The notes beneath the pieces were generated by a model that saw only the letters and a program-made list of their open reading frames with translations, had not been told where the DNA came from and did no database searches. A DNA stretch of 64,000 nt, taken from assembly GCA_951813565.1 (NCBI GenBank), contig OX638351.1:5362983-5426982 (forward strand). Reading direction: 5' to 3'. The translations under genes and the position numbers were made by a program. Position 1 is the first letter of the stretch; every line of letters begins with the position of its first letter. The stretch comes from an uncultured Poribacteria bacterium. GTDB taxonomy: Bacteria; Poribacteria; WGA-4E; WGA-3G. Of this stretch, positions 29,776 to 40,564 are shown one piece after another.

Positions 29776-30645
29776 TCATTTCACAGTGGCAAGAACTACA
29801 CGTTCTATCCCAGCGTAATCCTTGATGAACCAATAATTCTGATACGCAGGTTGTTCCTCAATCAAGGCTTTAACTGATGCTGCTTGTTTATCACCGATTT
29901 CAAAAATGAGTTTGCCTTCCGGATGGAGGTAATTTGGGGCTTCGGCAATCATGCGGCGAATGATGGATAACCCATCTTGACCAGCGAAAAGTGCAACAGT
30001 CGGTTCATGCTCCCGGACATCTGGACTCAAGTTATCGCGCTCTTCGGACATTATGTAAGGTGGGTTGGAGACTATCCAATTAAAACGTGAAGAGTCTAAT
30101 GGTTTAATCGGTTCAAAAAGATCGCCTTGCAAAAGAGTAATGCGATCAGTGCAGTCGTGTGCATCCCTATTTTTTTCTGCAACACCCAATGCGTCTTTAG
30201 ATATGTCGGTTGCAATGATTTCATATTCTGGCATGTTGATTGCGATGGCGATTGCTATAACACCGCTTCCTGTCCCAATTTCCAATAAGCGTTGAGGCGT
30301 GCCGCCTTTCGTCTTAAGGATTGTTTCAACGATGAATTCTGTTTCCGGGCGCGGGATGAGGACTCTTTCATCAACATAGAAATCCAGCGACATAAACTCC
30401 TTACGGTTGGTGAGATAACTGATCGGGGTGCGCGCAATTCGTTTTTTTATTAACTCTCGAAATACAGTAAGATCGTCCTGAAAAACTGGCATATCGAAAT
30501 GGAGATAGAGTTGCAAACGGCTTTTTTGAAGCAGGTGTCCGAGTAACACCTCAGCATCTAATCTTGGGTTTGGAATGTGATGCTTTTCAAAATAACCTGT
30601 TGTCCACTCAAGGAGTTCAAGTACGTGCCAGATTTTGGTAGCCAT
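29776..30645 (-). CDS. prmC: Release factor glutamine methyltransferase
   Basis: VLIPRPETE, GTGSG and SNPPY; downstream of prfA. Confidence 0.95.
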   Translation of the reverse strand: MATKIWHVLELLEWTTGYFEKHHIPNPRLDAEVLLGHLLQKSRLQLYLHFDMPVFQDDLTVFRELIKKRIARTPISYLTNRKEFMSLDFYVDERVLIPRPETEFIVETILKTKGGTPQRLLEIGTGSGVIAIAIAINMPEYEIIATDISKDALGVAEKNRDAHDCTDRITLLQGDLFEPIKPLDSSRFNWIVSNPPYIMSEERDNLSPDVREHEPTVALFAGQDGLSIIRRMIAEAPNYLHPEGKLIFEIGDKQAASVKALIEEQPAYQNYWFIKDYAGIERVVLATVK

Positions 30646-30828
30646 AAATTCTTATCTGATTTCAGGGAACTCCGTAGTGTATGACAAGGAAGGTAGAATT
30701 TGGGAGAGAAAGTGTATTCAACTCCTACGAGTTTTCAATTCATACGCGATTTAAATTGAAGTTCAATTACAGCACGTTTACAAAGCGGACCTACTCGATA
30801 GAATTTTGATGGTATGATTAGGATTATC

Positions 30829-31902
30829 TTAGTTTTCTTCGTTTTTTAACTTTTCAGCTTGATCGGCAGTTGTTAACCGCTCAATAAATGGGTCTAATTG
30901 ACCATCTAAAACAGCATCTAACTGGTGGATGCTAAACTGAATTCGGTGATCGGTAACGCGCGATTGAGGGAAGTTGTAGGTGCGAATTTTTTCGCTTCTG
31001 TCCCCACTGCCAACCATGGATCGACGGGTTTCGGCACGTTCGCTATTGAGTTCTGCCTGTTTTCTTTCTTGGAGACGAGCTCGAAGAATTTTCATCGCCT
31101 TTGAGCGATTTTTGTGCTGTGATTTTTCGTCTTGCTGGGTTACAACCAGACCTGTTGGAATGTGCGTAATACGGATAGCAGAGTCAGTTGTATTCACACT
31201 CTGCCCCCCAGGTCCTGAAGATCGATAAGTATCAATCCGTAATTCTGTTGCTTCGTCTATTTCAATGTCCACTTCTTCTGCTTCGGGTAGTACAGCGACT
31301 GTAACAGCAGAGGTGTGAATTCGTCCGCTTGTTTCAGTGGCAGGAATTCGTTGTACACGGTGGATTCCACCCTCGTATTTGAGAAGACTATACGCTAATT
31401 TCCCTTGAACCGAAAAAACAACTTCTTTAAATCCTTTTAACCCGGTTGCATTTGCGCTGAGCATTTCGATTTTCCAGCTTCTCCTTTCTGCGTATCGTGT
31501 GTACATGCGAAATATCTCTGCTGCAAAAAGGCTTGCTTCTTCCCCACCAGTACCTGCGCGAATTTCAATAATAACATTTTTTTCATCATTTGGGTCTTTT
31601 GGTATAAGAAGCATCTTAAGCGCTTCTGTTAACTCGTCTTTTTGTTTCTCAAGATCAGTCAATTCCTCTTGTGCTAACTCCAACATGTCGGTATCATTTT
31701 CTTCTGTCAGCAGTGTCTGTGTTTCTTCAATAGCAGTTTCCAGCTGTTGAAAATCTTTATATGCGGATACAATTGGCGAAAGTTCCGCGTGCATCTTTGA
31801 AAGTTCCTGCAGGCGTTGAGGTTTGGAAATTTGTGCAGGATCACTTAATGATTTCTCAACATCAATATATTTTTTTTGAATATCTTTGAGCTTATTGAAC
31901 AT
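30829..31902 (-). CDS. prfA: Peptide chain release factor 1
   Basis: GGQ motif, PAT tripeptide (RIPATET) and [11 protein letters not shown]. Confidence 0.97.
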   Translation of the reverse strand: MFNKLKDIQKKYIDVEKSLSDPAQISKPQRLQELSKMHAELSPIVSAYKDFQQLETAIEETQTLLTEENDTDMLELAQEELTDLEKQKDELTEALKMLLIPKDPNDEKNVIIEIRAGTGGEEASLFAAEIFRMYTRYAERRSWKIEMLSANATGLKGFKEVVFSVQGKLAYSLLKYEGGIHRVQRIPATETSGRIHTSAVTVAVLPEAEEVDIEIDEATELRIDTYRSSGPGGQSVNTTDSAIRITHIPTGLVVTQQDEKSQHKNRSKAMKILRARLQERKQAELNSERAETRRSMVGSGDRSEKIRTYNFPQSRVTDHRIQFSIHQLDAVLDGQLDPFIERLTTADQAEKLKNEEN

Positions 31903-32053
31903 CTCAGTTCCCTTCTCAGGGTGATTTCATAGCCGCGCAAAGAACGCGTCGTATAGATTTGGTTTTGTAGCTTTCGCTACGTCACCTGACATACAAACCT
32001 TGAGAGATAAAGCGAATGTGTAACAACAATCGTCTATGGGATTACTTGGAAAT

Positions 32054-32266
32054 TTACGATTTCTCAGTGAGTCCATAACGCCGACGGAAACTCTCAACGC
32101 GTCCAGCAGTATCAATAAAGCGGGTTTGTTGTCCAGTGTAAAATGGATGGCATTTTGCACAAACGTCTACACGCATCTCTGATTGGATTGTAACCGTTTG
32201 ATACGTAGCACCGCACACACAGTTGATAGTGCATTCGGTTGTTTCTGGATGGATTTCAGGTTTCAT
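32054..32266 (-). CDS. rpmE: 50S ribosomal protein L31 (Zn-binding type)
   Basis: MKPEIHP, CxC...CxxCHPFYTG and DTAGRVE. Confidence 0.95.
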   Translation of the reverse strand: MKPEIHPETTECTINCVCGATYQTVTIQSEMRVDVCAKCHPFYTGQQTRFIDTAGRVESFRRRYGLTEKS

Positions 32267-32425
32267 ATAATCACTCCTTTGCTTTAGGCATTTAGGTCGT
32301 TAGTATTGATGATAAACAAACTTCAGTTCATTCTAAGTTTTGCCCTATGTTATATCATAATTTTAATTTTTATCTCTGTTAAGATCCGGTAAAGAGTTCT
32401 AATAACGTATGTCACATTATAATTC

Positions 32426-33751
32426 TCATTTTCCGGTTCTGGATTGAAAGCGCTGTTTTCCTGTTTGTGTAACATCTTCAGCCATTTTTTCAAGAAATTC
32501 TTCATTCGATTTGGTCTGACTAAGATGTTTAATCAAAAATTGCATTGAATCAGCGATGCTCATTTGGCTGGTCAATTTCCGTAAAATCCAAACTTTGTTA
32601 AGCACTTCCGGTTTTAACAATAGTTCTTCACGACGTGTTTTTGATTTATCAATGTTGATAGTCGGGAAAATCCGCAGTTCTAACAGCGTGCGATCCATGT
32701 GGATTTCCATGTTGGCTGTGCCTTTGAATTCTTCATATATATACGTGTCGGAACGACTTTCAGTGTCAACAAGAACAGAAGCGATAATTGTTAAACTGCC
32801 GCCCTCTTCAAATTTACGTGCGGCACCACAGAATTTGCGAGGCTCCACAATCGCCATTGCATCTAACCCACCCGAAAGAGTTCTCCCGCTATGTGGTGCT
32901 GTCATATTGTGTGCCCTTGCGAGACGAGTCATACTGTCAAGTAGAATCACAACATCTTTTCCACATTCAACCATGCGCTTTGCTTTTTCGATCGCCATTT
33001 CTGCAACTTGGATGTGTCGTTCTGGATGTTCGTCAAAGGTAGAACTAATGACTTCACCTTTAACCGTTCGGATGACATCGGTAACCTCTTCTGGACGTTC
33101 ATCAATTAACAAAAAGATAAGTGAAACTTCTGGGTGATTTGCTTCAATACCGCAGGCGATGTTTTTGAGAAGGGTTGTCTTTCCGCTAAAAGGTGGAGCA
33201 ACAATTAAGCCTCGCTGGCCTTTACCAATAGGTGCCATGAGGTCAATGATACGCGTTCCAAATTCAGATGTATTATGTTCCAGTTTCAACTGTTCATAGG
33301 GAAAAACTGGCATGGGAGTATCAAAAGGGATTCTTGCCTTGACAGATTCAGGTGGCTCACCGTTGACTTTCTCTATCTGTAACAAAGCATAGTAGCGCTC
33401 TGTTTTGTTTTCCGATTTTTTAGGAGGACGGATCAAACCTTCAACTACATGTCCGGTCTGCAAACCAAACAAACGTATTTGTGAAGGAGAAACATAAATA
33501 TCTTCATCACTCTGCAAATAATTAGAACGAGGAGACCGAAGAAAACCGATGTTCTGATCTCTGTCATCTAAGATTTGCAACACTCCTCTTCCAAAAAGGG
33601 GAATATTTTGTTCAGCGGCCTCTCCAAGAATGCGAGTAATGAGTTCATCTTTACGCAATCCATTACTGTCTTCAATACCGAAGGATTGTGCCACGGTATT
33701 TAGGGCCGAAATCTCCATATCCTGGAGCTTGCCTATGTCCAAGCTCTCCAT
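32426..33751 (-). CDS. rho: Transcription termination factor Rho
   Basis: DIYVSPSQIR, PIGKGQRGLIVAPP, LIDERPEEV and EEFKGT. Confidence 0.97.
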   Translation of the reverse strand: MESLDIGKLQDMEISALNTVAQSFGIEDSNGLRKDELITRILGEAAEQNIPLFGRGVLQILDDRDQNIGFLRSPRSNYLQSDEDIYVSPSQIRLFGLQTGHVVEGLIRPPKKSENKTERYYALLQIEKVNGEPPESVKARIPFDTPMPVFPYEQLKLEHNTSEFGTRIIDLMAPIGKGQRGLIVAPPFSGKTTLLKNIACGIEANHPEVSLIFLLIDERPEEVTDVIRTVKGEVISSTFDEHPERHIQVAEMAIEKAKRMVECGKDVVILLDSMTRLARAHNMTAPHSGRTLSGGLDAMAIVEPRKFCGAARKFEEGGSLTIIASVLVDTESRSDTYIYEEFKGTANMEIHMDRTLLELRIFPTINIDKSKTRREELLLKPEVLNKVWILRKLTSQMSIADSMQFLIKHLSQTKSNEEFLEKMAEDVTQTGKQRFQSRTGK

Positions 33752-34186
33752 AGTTTTAATACTCCTCAGTAATACCTATTTTGATTTAACTGTGTTTAGG
33801 AACGCGGATATTGTAAGTCTACGCGAAATTGTTAAATCGAATCAGGTCAATACTTATGAATTCGACAGAATCTGCAAGATACTGCAGAACTATCTTTGGT
33901 GTGCTAAATAAATATATACCGGACTATGATGCCGGAGTGAATATAGAATTTGAATAGTAAATGTATTATTAGAACGTTTTATACGTCGCAAGACGAATTT
34001 GATCATGTCCCGCGGGTAACAAAGCCAGCAATCGCACCCAATTTGTATTCTGGAGGGTACTGTCTGGCAAAATGTAGAATTTAGATTATTATTGGGGTCC
34101 GTATGAAAGCGTTGGCAGGAATTTCATATCCTTTTTGTGTTGGGACCGAATGCTTGATCCATTGATTCTGAATCATATCAATGTAT

Positions 34187-34215
34187 ATTATACATAATTT
34201 ATTATCAAACGTCAA
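34187..34215 (-). promoter_or_regulatory. Sigma70 promoter upstream of rho
   Basis: Minus strand TTGACG-17 nt-TATAAT, about 430 nt before the rho start. Confidence 0.65.
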
Positions 34216-34284
34216 GTTTTTTTTGAAAATAACATTAAGTGTATAATTCTTAGATAGTGCTACGATATAGGATATTATACAGTA

Positions 34285-34321
34285 CCCATGTTAAGTGCGT
34301 TTCAAGCGTACTTAACATGGG
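34285..34321. terminator. Long hairpin, probable terminator of the TPR gene
   Basis: CCCATGTTAAGTGCGT...GCGTACTTAACATGGG; no strong U tract. Confidence 0.5.
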
Positions 34322-34395
34322 AATAGTTGTTTTCGTTACAGATTACCGTTTGTGACAAAATTTATAGTGTTCACTAAGATAATCAAATAAGTTTT

Positions 34396-36333
34396 CTACT
34401 CACCATTTTTTTGTAGAGGTTTTAGCCTGCGTAGCACTTTAGCATTGTATCTATCCTTTTCCAAGTAGCTCTGCCAGAGTGCAATTGCTTCATCATTGTA
34501 TCCTTTAGATACATAATAATCCCCAAGTGCTATCACAGGAATGTCAACGCGTGGGTCTTTTTCTATAGCTTCTTTGAAGGCATCCACAGCAACTTTTTCG
34601 TCTCCTTTAAGTAAGGCGATCTCACCTTTTGCGTAAGGGAGCAATGAGTGCTCAGGATATTCAGTAGCCAGAGTGTCAAGCAAGGTCTGCGCGTCCGCTT
34701 CTCTACCTTTTTTGAAACTTGAAAGTGCAGTAAGGATAGTTCCATAAACGTATTCATGTGTGAGTGTCCGTTTTTCTACTGGATTTTCTGTGTTTTCCAA
34801 GAGACGTTTTGCGATTCTGGTAGCGGATTTATACTTGATCTGTGCTTTATTATATTCCCCGTGTTTGAAACACACGTCTCCAAGAGTTTTCATTGCAATA
34901 AAAGAATCCCTCTTCTGTTCAACGAGGTCTTGGAAAATCGCAGCGGTTTTTCTGTCATTCAAACGGTAGTGTAGTACTTCTGCAAGGCTTTGCAACGCAT
35001 CGGTATCCTCAGGATTTTTTGCGACAGCCTGTTCAAAGGCATCTTTCTCTTTTTCGTAATCTCCAAGTTTTTCATGCGTCTTGCCGATTAACCAATATAA
35101 TTCTGCATCTTTGTTGCGATTTAAACCGACAACAGAGTTGAATGATTCAAGTGCTTTCTCGTACTCCGCATTCGTGTATTGAGTTTCTCCGGTAGTTATT
35201 ACCGCATCAATTACTTTACTATTTTTGCTTGCAGCTTTTTTCAGTACTGCTGATGCCTTTTGATGCATACCTAATTTTCGGTAGCAAATTGAGAGTCGTA
35301 GATAGCTATAGGGATCAATTTTTGCTTTTTCAGCTTCAGCGCGTGCTATAGCATCAAAGTATAACGCCCCTGCATTACGATAGTCCTCATCACCGTAAAA
35401 GAATCCTGCAATCATCAGTTCTGCGTCGTGATAGCTGCCTTGTTCATCTCCCGCAATAGCGGCTTGTCCGCCAAAGTTTCTCATGACCTCATCTGCGGTA
35501 ATTCCGAAACCGGAGTTCTCTAAAACAACTTTAGATTTCACAATCGGACTTTTTTCAACACCTCGTGGACGATCTCTTTCACGGCGTGCTTCTTGCCTCG
35601 CGATGGCCCGCCCAATTTGTGTATCTTCCGGGTTATCTGGCTTAGGAATGGAAGCGTTGAGTTCGGTCAGTTCTTCTTTTGCTTTTTCAATGTGCGATTG
35701 CGCTGCATCAATTCTGCCATATTTCTTGACGGTATATTGAAGGGTGCGTTTTGCCTCATCATCATCTTTGATCAATTCACGCTGTATTCGCGCTTTATTA
35801 ACAAGGGCTTGTACAGCTCGTTCGCTTTGCGGGTTACGGTTAGCAAAACTATCGAAAGCTTCCACAGCTTGTTCAAACTTTTGACCTTCTTCATAACTTT
35901 TTGCTAACATCAGATGAGCATCATGGCTTAAATCCAAATGAGGGAATTTGTTAACAATCGTATCAAATTGGGTTTGCGCTGCACCAAAATCTTTCTGCCT
36001 ATAGTAATAGTGCTTTCCGAGGCGATAGTGTGCCTCTGCAGCTTCATCACTTTCGGGCGCTTCAGCAATAATTGCTTCATAAGCTTTAACACCCTGTGAA
36101 GGTTGATTCATTTTCTCAATTTGGAGTTTGCCGATGGCAAGTTGTGCTTTACGCGCATCAGCTGTCCCGGGCTCGGTATCAACGACACTTTGGTAAACTT
36201 CTATCGCAGCACGGTAATCTTTCGCTTCAACTAAATTCTCTGCTGTCCCCATAGCACCACCGGATAAACAACCGGTTTGCACTAATGTTACAAGCATCAG
36301 AATAGCAAGTAAGCTGTAGTTGACAAATTTCAT
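34396..36333 (-). CDS. TPR-repeat lipoprotein (BamD/YbgF-like repeats)
   Basis: AGGAG RBS before MKFVNY, lipobox-like QTGC and many TPR helices. Confidence 0.85.
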   Translation of the reverse strand: MKFVNYSLLAILMLVTLVQTGCLSGGAMGTAENLVEAKDYRAAIEVYQSVVDTEPGTADARKAQLAIGKLQIEKMNQPSQGVKAYEAIIAEAPESDEAAEAHYRLGKHYYYRQKDFGAAQTQFDTIVNKFPHLDLSHDAHLMLAKSYEEGQKFEQAVEAFDSFANRNPQSERAVQALVNKARIQRELIKDDDEAKRTLQYTVKKYGRIDAAQSHIEKAKEELTELNASIPKPDNPEDTQIGRAIARQEARRERDRPRGVEKSPIVKSKVVLENSGFGITADEVMRNFGGQAAIAGDEQGSYHDAELMIAGFFYGDEDYRNAGALYFDAIARAEAEKAKIDPYSYLRLSICYRKLGMHQKASAVLKKAASKNSKVIDAVITTGETQYTNAEYEKALESFNSVVGLNRNKDAELYWLIGKTHEKLGDYEKEKDAFEQAVAKNPEDTDALQSLAEVLHYRLNDRKTAAIFQDLVEQKRDSFIAMKTLGDVCFKHGEYNKAQIKYKSATRIAKRLLENTENPVEKRTLTHEYVYGTILTALSSFKKGREADAQTLLDTLATEYPEHSLLPYAKGEIALLKGDEKVAVDAFKEAIEKDPRVDIPVIALGDYYVSKGYNDEAIALWQSYLEKDRYNAKVLRRLKPLQKNGE

Positions 36334-36444
36334 GATTTTTCTCCTTGCTAAATAGGTATAAACAGACCGTTGAGAATCTAACTCACAAAACTGAATAAAC
36401 GTGCTTTGCAAGTAGGTGTTATTATATAACAAGAAATTTCTGCT

Positions 36445-37578
36445 CTAATACATCTGTTTTGACATGCATTGGTCAATTAGGGATAAAACTTCTTGACGAC
36501 TATACCCTTCTTTTTCAATAAGTTTGTCGCAATCTACTCTGTTCTTTTCGTCAGGTCCCTTACCAGCTTCAAGAATAGAGTTTGTTAACCAACTGGTTCG
36601 TACGCCATTAACACCGGATGTGTAGTTTGCCTCGTATTCACCTTTCACAAGACCGACAAGTTGGTCAACTTTACTGCGTGGATATCCTTCGGGACGTGGG
36701 TATGAAAGTGGCTGGGCTTCGCCGCCCTTGGGTATATAACGGATACCTTTTTTGATTTCGATCGTGCCTTCGTCACCTTCAAGAATGACCCATTCTTCAA
36801 ATCCGATCCGTGTGTTTCCAAGAATAGTGATTGTACCTTCCGCGCCGTTGTTAAGTTTTACGTCAGAGTAGGAATTAATCTCAACGAACTTCGGCACAAG
36901 ATTTCCGTCATCATCTTCAAATTTCATGTCGGTTGTGCCGTAGACCTCAGCGGGTAACACGTTAGTCATCCAAAGGAAAATATCTTGCAAATGGCTACCT
37001 GAATCGTTTGGTTGCCCACCACCAGAAAAGCGAGGGTCGCCGCGCCATCCACCTGCTCCCCAACGTTGTGCCATGTAGACCTCAAACTTTTTCAGGTTAC
37101 CGATGAGTCCTTCGGCGATTGCACGTCTGCCAGTAATGTAGGTGTCTTCGTAATGGCGCTGATAGCCACCGACAAGGTGTAAGCCGCTGCCAATAGCGAG
37201 TTTGGTTATTGTAATCGCATCACCAACGATATTTGCCATCGGTTTTTCAACGATTACATGACATCCCGCGCGGAGCGCGTATTTCACGTGAATATCATGC
37301 AGAGAATGCGGTGAGAAAACCCCTACAATGTCTAAGTCTTCATGATTGAGCATCTCAACAAATTCATATTCACCGAGGTAACGTGTCATACTATTGGGTT
37401 TGTAATCTTCAACTCTTTGCTGAAGTGCGTTTTCTAAAGCGTCTAAACTGGACTCATACGCGTCTGCAGCAGCGACGACTTGGCAATCCGGACGTGTTGC
37501 AAATCCAAGTGTATTCCCACGTCCTGCACCGCCAGGCCCAATCACACCAACTCTTAAAATATCGTTCTTACTTGCCAT
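36445..37578 (-). CDS. Gfo/Idh/MocA oxidoreductase
   Basis: VGVIGPGG, HVIVEKPM and GGG...DSGSH. Confidence 0.9.
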   Translation of the reverse strand: MASKNDILRVGVIGPGGAGRGNTLGFATRPDCQVVAAADAYESSLDALENALQQRVEDYKPNSMTRYLGEYEFVEMLNHEDLDIVGVFSPHSLHDIHVKYALRAGCHVIVEKPMANIVGDAITITKLAIGSGLHLVGGYQRHYEDTYITGRRAIAEGLIGNLKKFEVYMAQRWGAGGWRGDPRFSGGGQPNDSGSHLQDIFLWMTNVLPAEVYGTTDMKFEDDDGNLVPKFVEINSYSDVKLNNGAEGTITILGNTRIGFEEWVILEGDEGTIEIKKGIRYIPKGGEAQPLSYPRPEGYPRSKVDQLVGLVKGEYEANYTSGVNGVRTSWLTNSILEAGKGPDEKNRVDCDKLIEKEGYSRQEVLSLIDQCMSKQMY

Positions 37579-37628
37579 TATTTTAACATCTCCAAGGTAA
37601 CTCAAAAGGAATTATAGGTATCATAATG

Positions 37629-37847
37629 TCAATTTGTGTACTCATACACAGGAGCGTAACAGTTCTAACGGGTTGCTGCTGGTTCCACAAAATTTGTTGC
37701 AAACGGTCAACAGTTCTTGGAAAAAGAATTGTTCTCCTGTTTCGACATTGACTCGGGCGGGGACACTTTCAATTAAGAAAAACTTTCCATTCATCTCAAG
37801 CGTGTACGTAATCTTCTGGTCAAGTAGGTTTTATCAATAAGGGTCAT
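37629..37847 (-). pseudogene. Frameshifted YgiT-type zinc finger (MqsA-like antitoxin) gene
   Basis: Joining frames gives DQKITYTLEMNGKFFLIESVPARVNVETGEQFF/PRTVDRLQQILWNQQQPVRTVT/PVYEYTN*; not in the ORF track. Confidence 0.75.
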
Positions 37848-37951
37848 AAAGTTTTCACGGTAGTTCTCAAAGGTAAGTAAAGTTTATCACAAATTTTGAA
37901 GTGCGTCAATTTATTTGTGGTTGATCTATTAGATAAATCCAAAAAGTATGC

Positions 37952-38692
37952 TTATCCACTAAAAATGCGGAAGAGTTTTTTAATTGGATCGTAAAACTCA
38001 TCAACAACTCGTTCTTTCAGCGGAATAATTGCATTATCTGTAATCGTGATATGTTCAGGACAAACTTTCGTACAGCATTTGGTGATGTTACAGTACCCGA
38101 TACCGTCCTCATTTTTTAATTCTTCTAACCGATTTTCGGTATCAATAGGATGCATTTCCAAAGATGCTGCGTATACAAAGAACCTGGGTCCTATAAACTC
38201 ATCATGAAGATCATGCTCACGCAAGACGTGGCAAACATCTTGACAGAGAAAGCATTCAATGCATTTTCGGAATTCTTGGACATGGTCAATGTCTTCTTGT
38301 TCCATGCGCCATGTGCCATCTTCTGCATCAGGCGGTCGTGGCGTAAAAGGTTTCATCTTTTTTTTGACTTTAAAGTTCCACGACACGTCAGTAACCAAGT
38401 CTTTTATGATCGGAAAGGCGCGCATTGGCTCAACGGTAACGGGTTGGTCAAGTGGTAAATCGTTGAGGCGCGTCATACACATCAATTTAGGGTTGCCATT
38501 CACTTCTGCTGAACAGGATCCGCATTTGCCAGCCTTGCAGTTCCATCGCACAGCGAGGTCATTTGCCTGATCCGCTTGAATACGGTGAACAGCGTCTAAA
38601 ACGACCATTCCTTCGGAAACTTCTGTTTCGTAATCAACGAATTGTGCTTCGCTGGCATCTCCACGCCAGATTCTAAAAGTTGCTTTTGCCAT
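37952..38692 (-). CDS. sdhB: Succinate dehydrogenase/fumarate reductase Fe-S subunit
   Basis: CKAGKCGSC, CIECFLC and CNITKCCTKVCP. Confidence 0.93.
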   Translation of the reverse strand: MAKATFRIWRGDASEAQFVDYETEVSEGMVVLDAVHRIQADQANDLAVRWNCKAGKCGSCSAEVNGNPKLMCMTRLNDLPLDQPVTVEPMRAFPIIKDLVTDVSWNFKVKKKMKPFTPRPPDAEDGTWRMEQEDIDHVQEFRKCIECFLCQDVCHVLREHDLHDEFIGPRFFVYAASLEMHPIDTENRLEELKNEDGIGYCNITKCCTKVCPEHITITDNAIIPLKERVVDEFYDPIKKLFRIFSG

Positions 38693-38718
38693 TTTGGATT
38701 CCTTCCAGTGTGTCGTGC

Positions 38719-40536
38719 CTATCCCATTTCCTCTATAATTTGCTGATACTCTTCAGTCAATTCATGAACAAGTTCACGGCGAATAGCCATTGTGCCATCG
38801 TCAGCTTTTTGGAGAATAGTGTTATATTTTTCTGCTCCCGGTTCTTCTTTTTCTGGATAATCATCACGAGAATGCGCGCCGATACTTGCTCTGCGTTCAA
38901 GCGCTGCAAGTGCAATCGCCTCTGAAACCGTGAGCAGACAGTCGAGGTCAAGTGCAGTATGCCACCCCGCATTATATTCTCGATTGCCGATAGCATGTAC
39001 ATTATCCGATTTTTCACGCAAACCTTGGATTTCCGCCAATGCTTGTGTTAAGTTTTCTTGACTACGCGCGATACCCACTAATTCCTGCATCTTCTCTTGA
39101 AGTTGTGCTTGAATTTCGTAAGGGTTATCACCATCCTCTGGATTATCAAAAGGTTTTAGAACATGCTGAGCAATTTCATCTATTGCACTTTCCTCAAGCA
39201 CAACTGCTCCGTTTTCTTGAGCAAATTGTGCAGCGTATTCACCCGCCCGTTTCCCGAAGACAAGGAGGTCGGATAAAGAGTTACCACCAAGACGATTCGC
39301 ACCGTGTAAACCAGCGGCGCATTCACCTGCTGCGAAGAGACCTGGAACACAAGTCATTTGAGAATCGGCATCTACACGGATACCGCCCATAATATAATGT
39401 GTCGTAGGACCGACTTCCATCGGTTCTTCAGTGATGTCAATATCAGCAAGTTCCTTGAATTGATGATACATACTCGGCAGTTTTCTGCGGATATGTTCGG
39501 CAGCGTTCGGGATTTTCTCTTTTATCCAAGCGATGTCTAAGAACACACCACCGTGTGGACTGCCTCTACCTTCGTGAACTTCCCGCACGATGCAACGTGC
39601 AATATGGTCACGGGTTAACAATTCCGGGGGTCTACGCGCGTCACGATCACCTTGTGTATAACGCCACCCTTCTTCAGGGTTGTCTGCTGTCTGGTTCACA
39701 TAGAGGTCAGGAATATCGTCAAACATGAAACGATTACCTTCGCTATTTGTAAGAATTCCACCTTCACCTCTAACCCCCTCGGTAACTAAGATGCCTCTAA
39801 CGCTGGGGGGCCAGACCATACCAGTTGGGTGAAATTGGACGAATTCCATGTCAATCAGCTCAGCACCCGCATGGTATGCAAGAGAATGTCCATCGCCGGT
39901 ATATTCCCAACTGTTGCTTGTGATTTTGTAAGCCTTTCCAACGCCCCCTGTTGCCAAGACGACAGCTTTTGCCGAAAAGATTTTAAATCGTCCTTTTTCG
40001 CGCTCGTAACCGAAAGCACCTGAGACCCTATCCCCTGTCTTGAGAAGTGAAACGATGGTATTCTCCATGTGTACTTCGATGCCTTGGTGGATACCGTGAT
40101 CCTGCAAGGCACGAATCATCTCTAAACCGGTTCGGTCGCCAACGTGAGCAAGCCGTGGATACTGATGTCCGCCGAAGTTTCGTTGTAAAATACTACCTTC
40201 TTTTGTCCGATCAAAGAGTGCTCCCCAAGCTTCAAGTTCACGCACGCGGTCAGGCGATTCTTTGGCGTGAAGTTCTGCCATCCGTGCGTTAGAGAGGTAT
40301 TGCCCACCCTTCATTGTGTCAGCAAAATGAGCTCTCCAACTATCTCTCTCATCAACATTTGCTAATGCGGCAGCGACACCGCCTTCCGCCATCACAGTAT
40401 GTGCTTTACCAAGGAGAGATTTACAAACCAATCCAACTTTCAGATCGCCTGTAGATGCTTCAATTGCAGCGCGTAATCCTGCGCCTCCAGCTCCGATTAT
40501 TAGTACGTCATATTCAAAAGTTTCGTAAGATGCCAA
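38719..40536 (-). CDS. sdhA: Succinate dehydrogenase/fumarate reductase flavoprotein
   Basis: IGAGGAG, AHTVMAEGG (FAD His), QFHPT and HGANRLGGNSL. Confidence 0.93.
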   Translation of the reverse strand: MASYETFEYDVLIIGAGGAGLRAAIEASTGDLKVGLVCKSLLGKAHTVMAEGGVAAALANVDERDSWRAHFADTMKGGQYLSNARMAELHAKESPDRVRELEAWGALFDRTKEGSILQRNFGGHQYPRLAHVGDRTGLEMIRALQDHGIHQGIEVHMENTIVSLLKTGDRVSGAFGYEREKGRFKIFSAKAVVLATGGVGKAYKITSNSWEYTGDGHSLAYHAGAELIDMEFVQFHPTGMVWPPSVRGILVTEGVRGEGGILTNSEGNRFMFDDIPDLYVNQTADNPEEGWRYTQGDRDARRPPELLTRDHIARCIVREVHEGRGSPHGGVFLDIAWIKEKIPNAAEHIRRKLPSMYHQFKELADIDITEEPMEVGPTTHYIMGGIRVDADSQMTCVPGLFAAGECAAGLHGANRLGGNSLSDLLVFGKRAGEYAAQFAQENGAVVLEESAIDEIAQHVLKPFDNPEDGDNPYEIQAQLQEKMQELVGIARSQENLTQALAEIQGLREKSDNVHAIGNREYNAGWHTALDLDCLLTVSEAIALAALERRASIGAHSRDDYPEKEEPGAEKYNTILQKADDGTMAIRRELVHELTEEYQQIIEEMG

Positions 40537-40564
40537 GCTAAAATTTCCTCTCTATAGACATTGC

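Noticed and set aside
31927..32160. 77-aa ORF overlapping rpmE
   Set aside because: Alternative frame of rpmE running into the spacer; no coding signal.
34001..34160. 6S RNA or other named ncRNA
   Set aside because: Only short terminal complementarity; the central bubble and conserved 6S motifs could not be verified by eye. Kept only as part of the rho leader finding.
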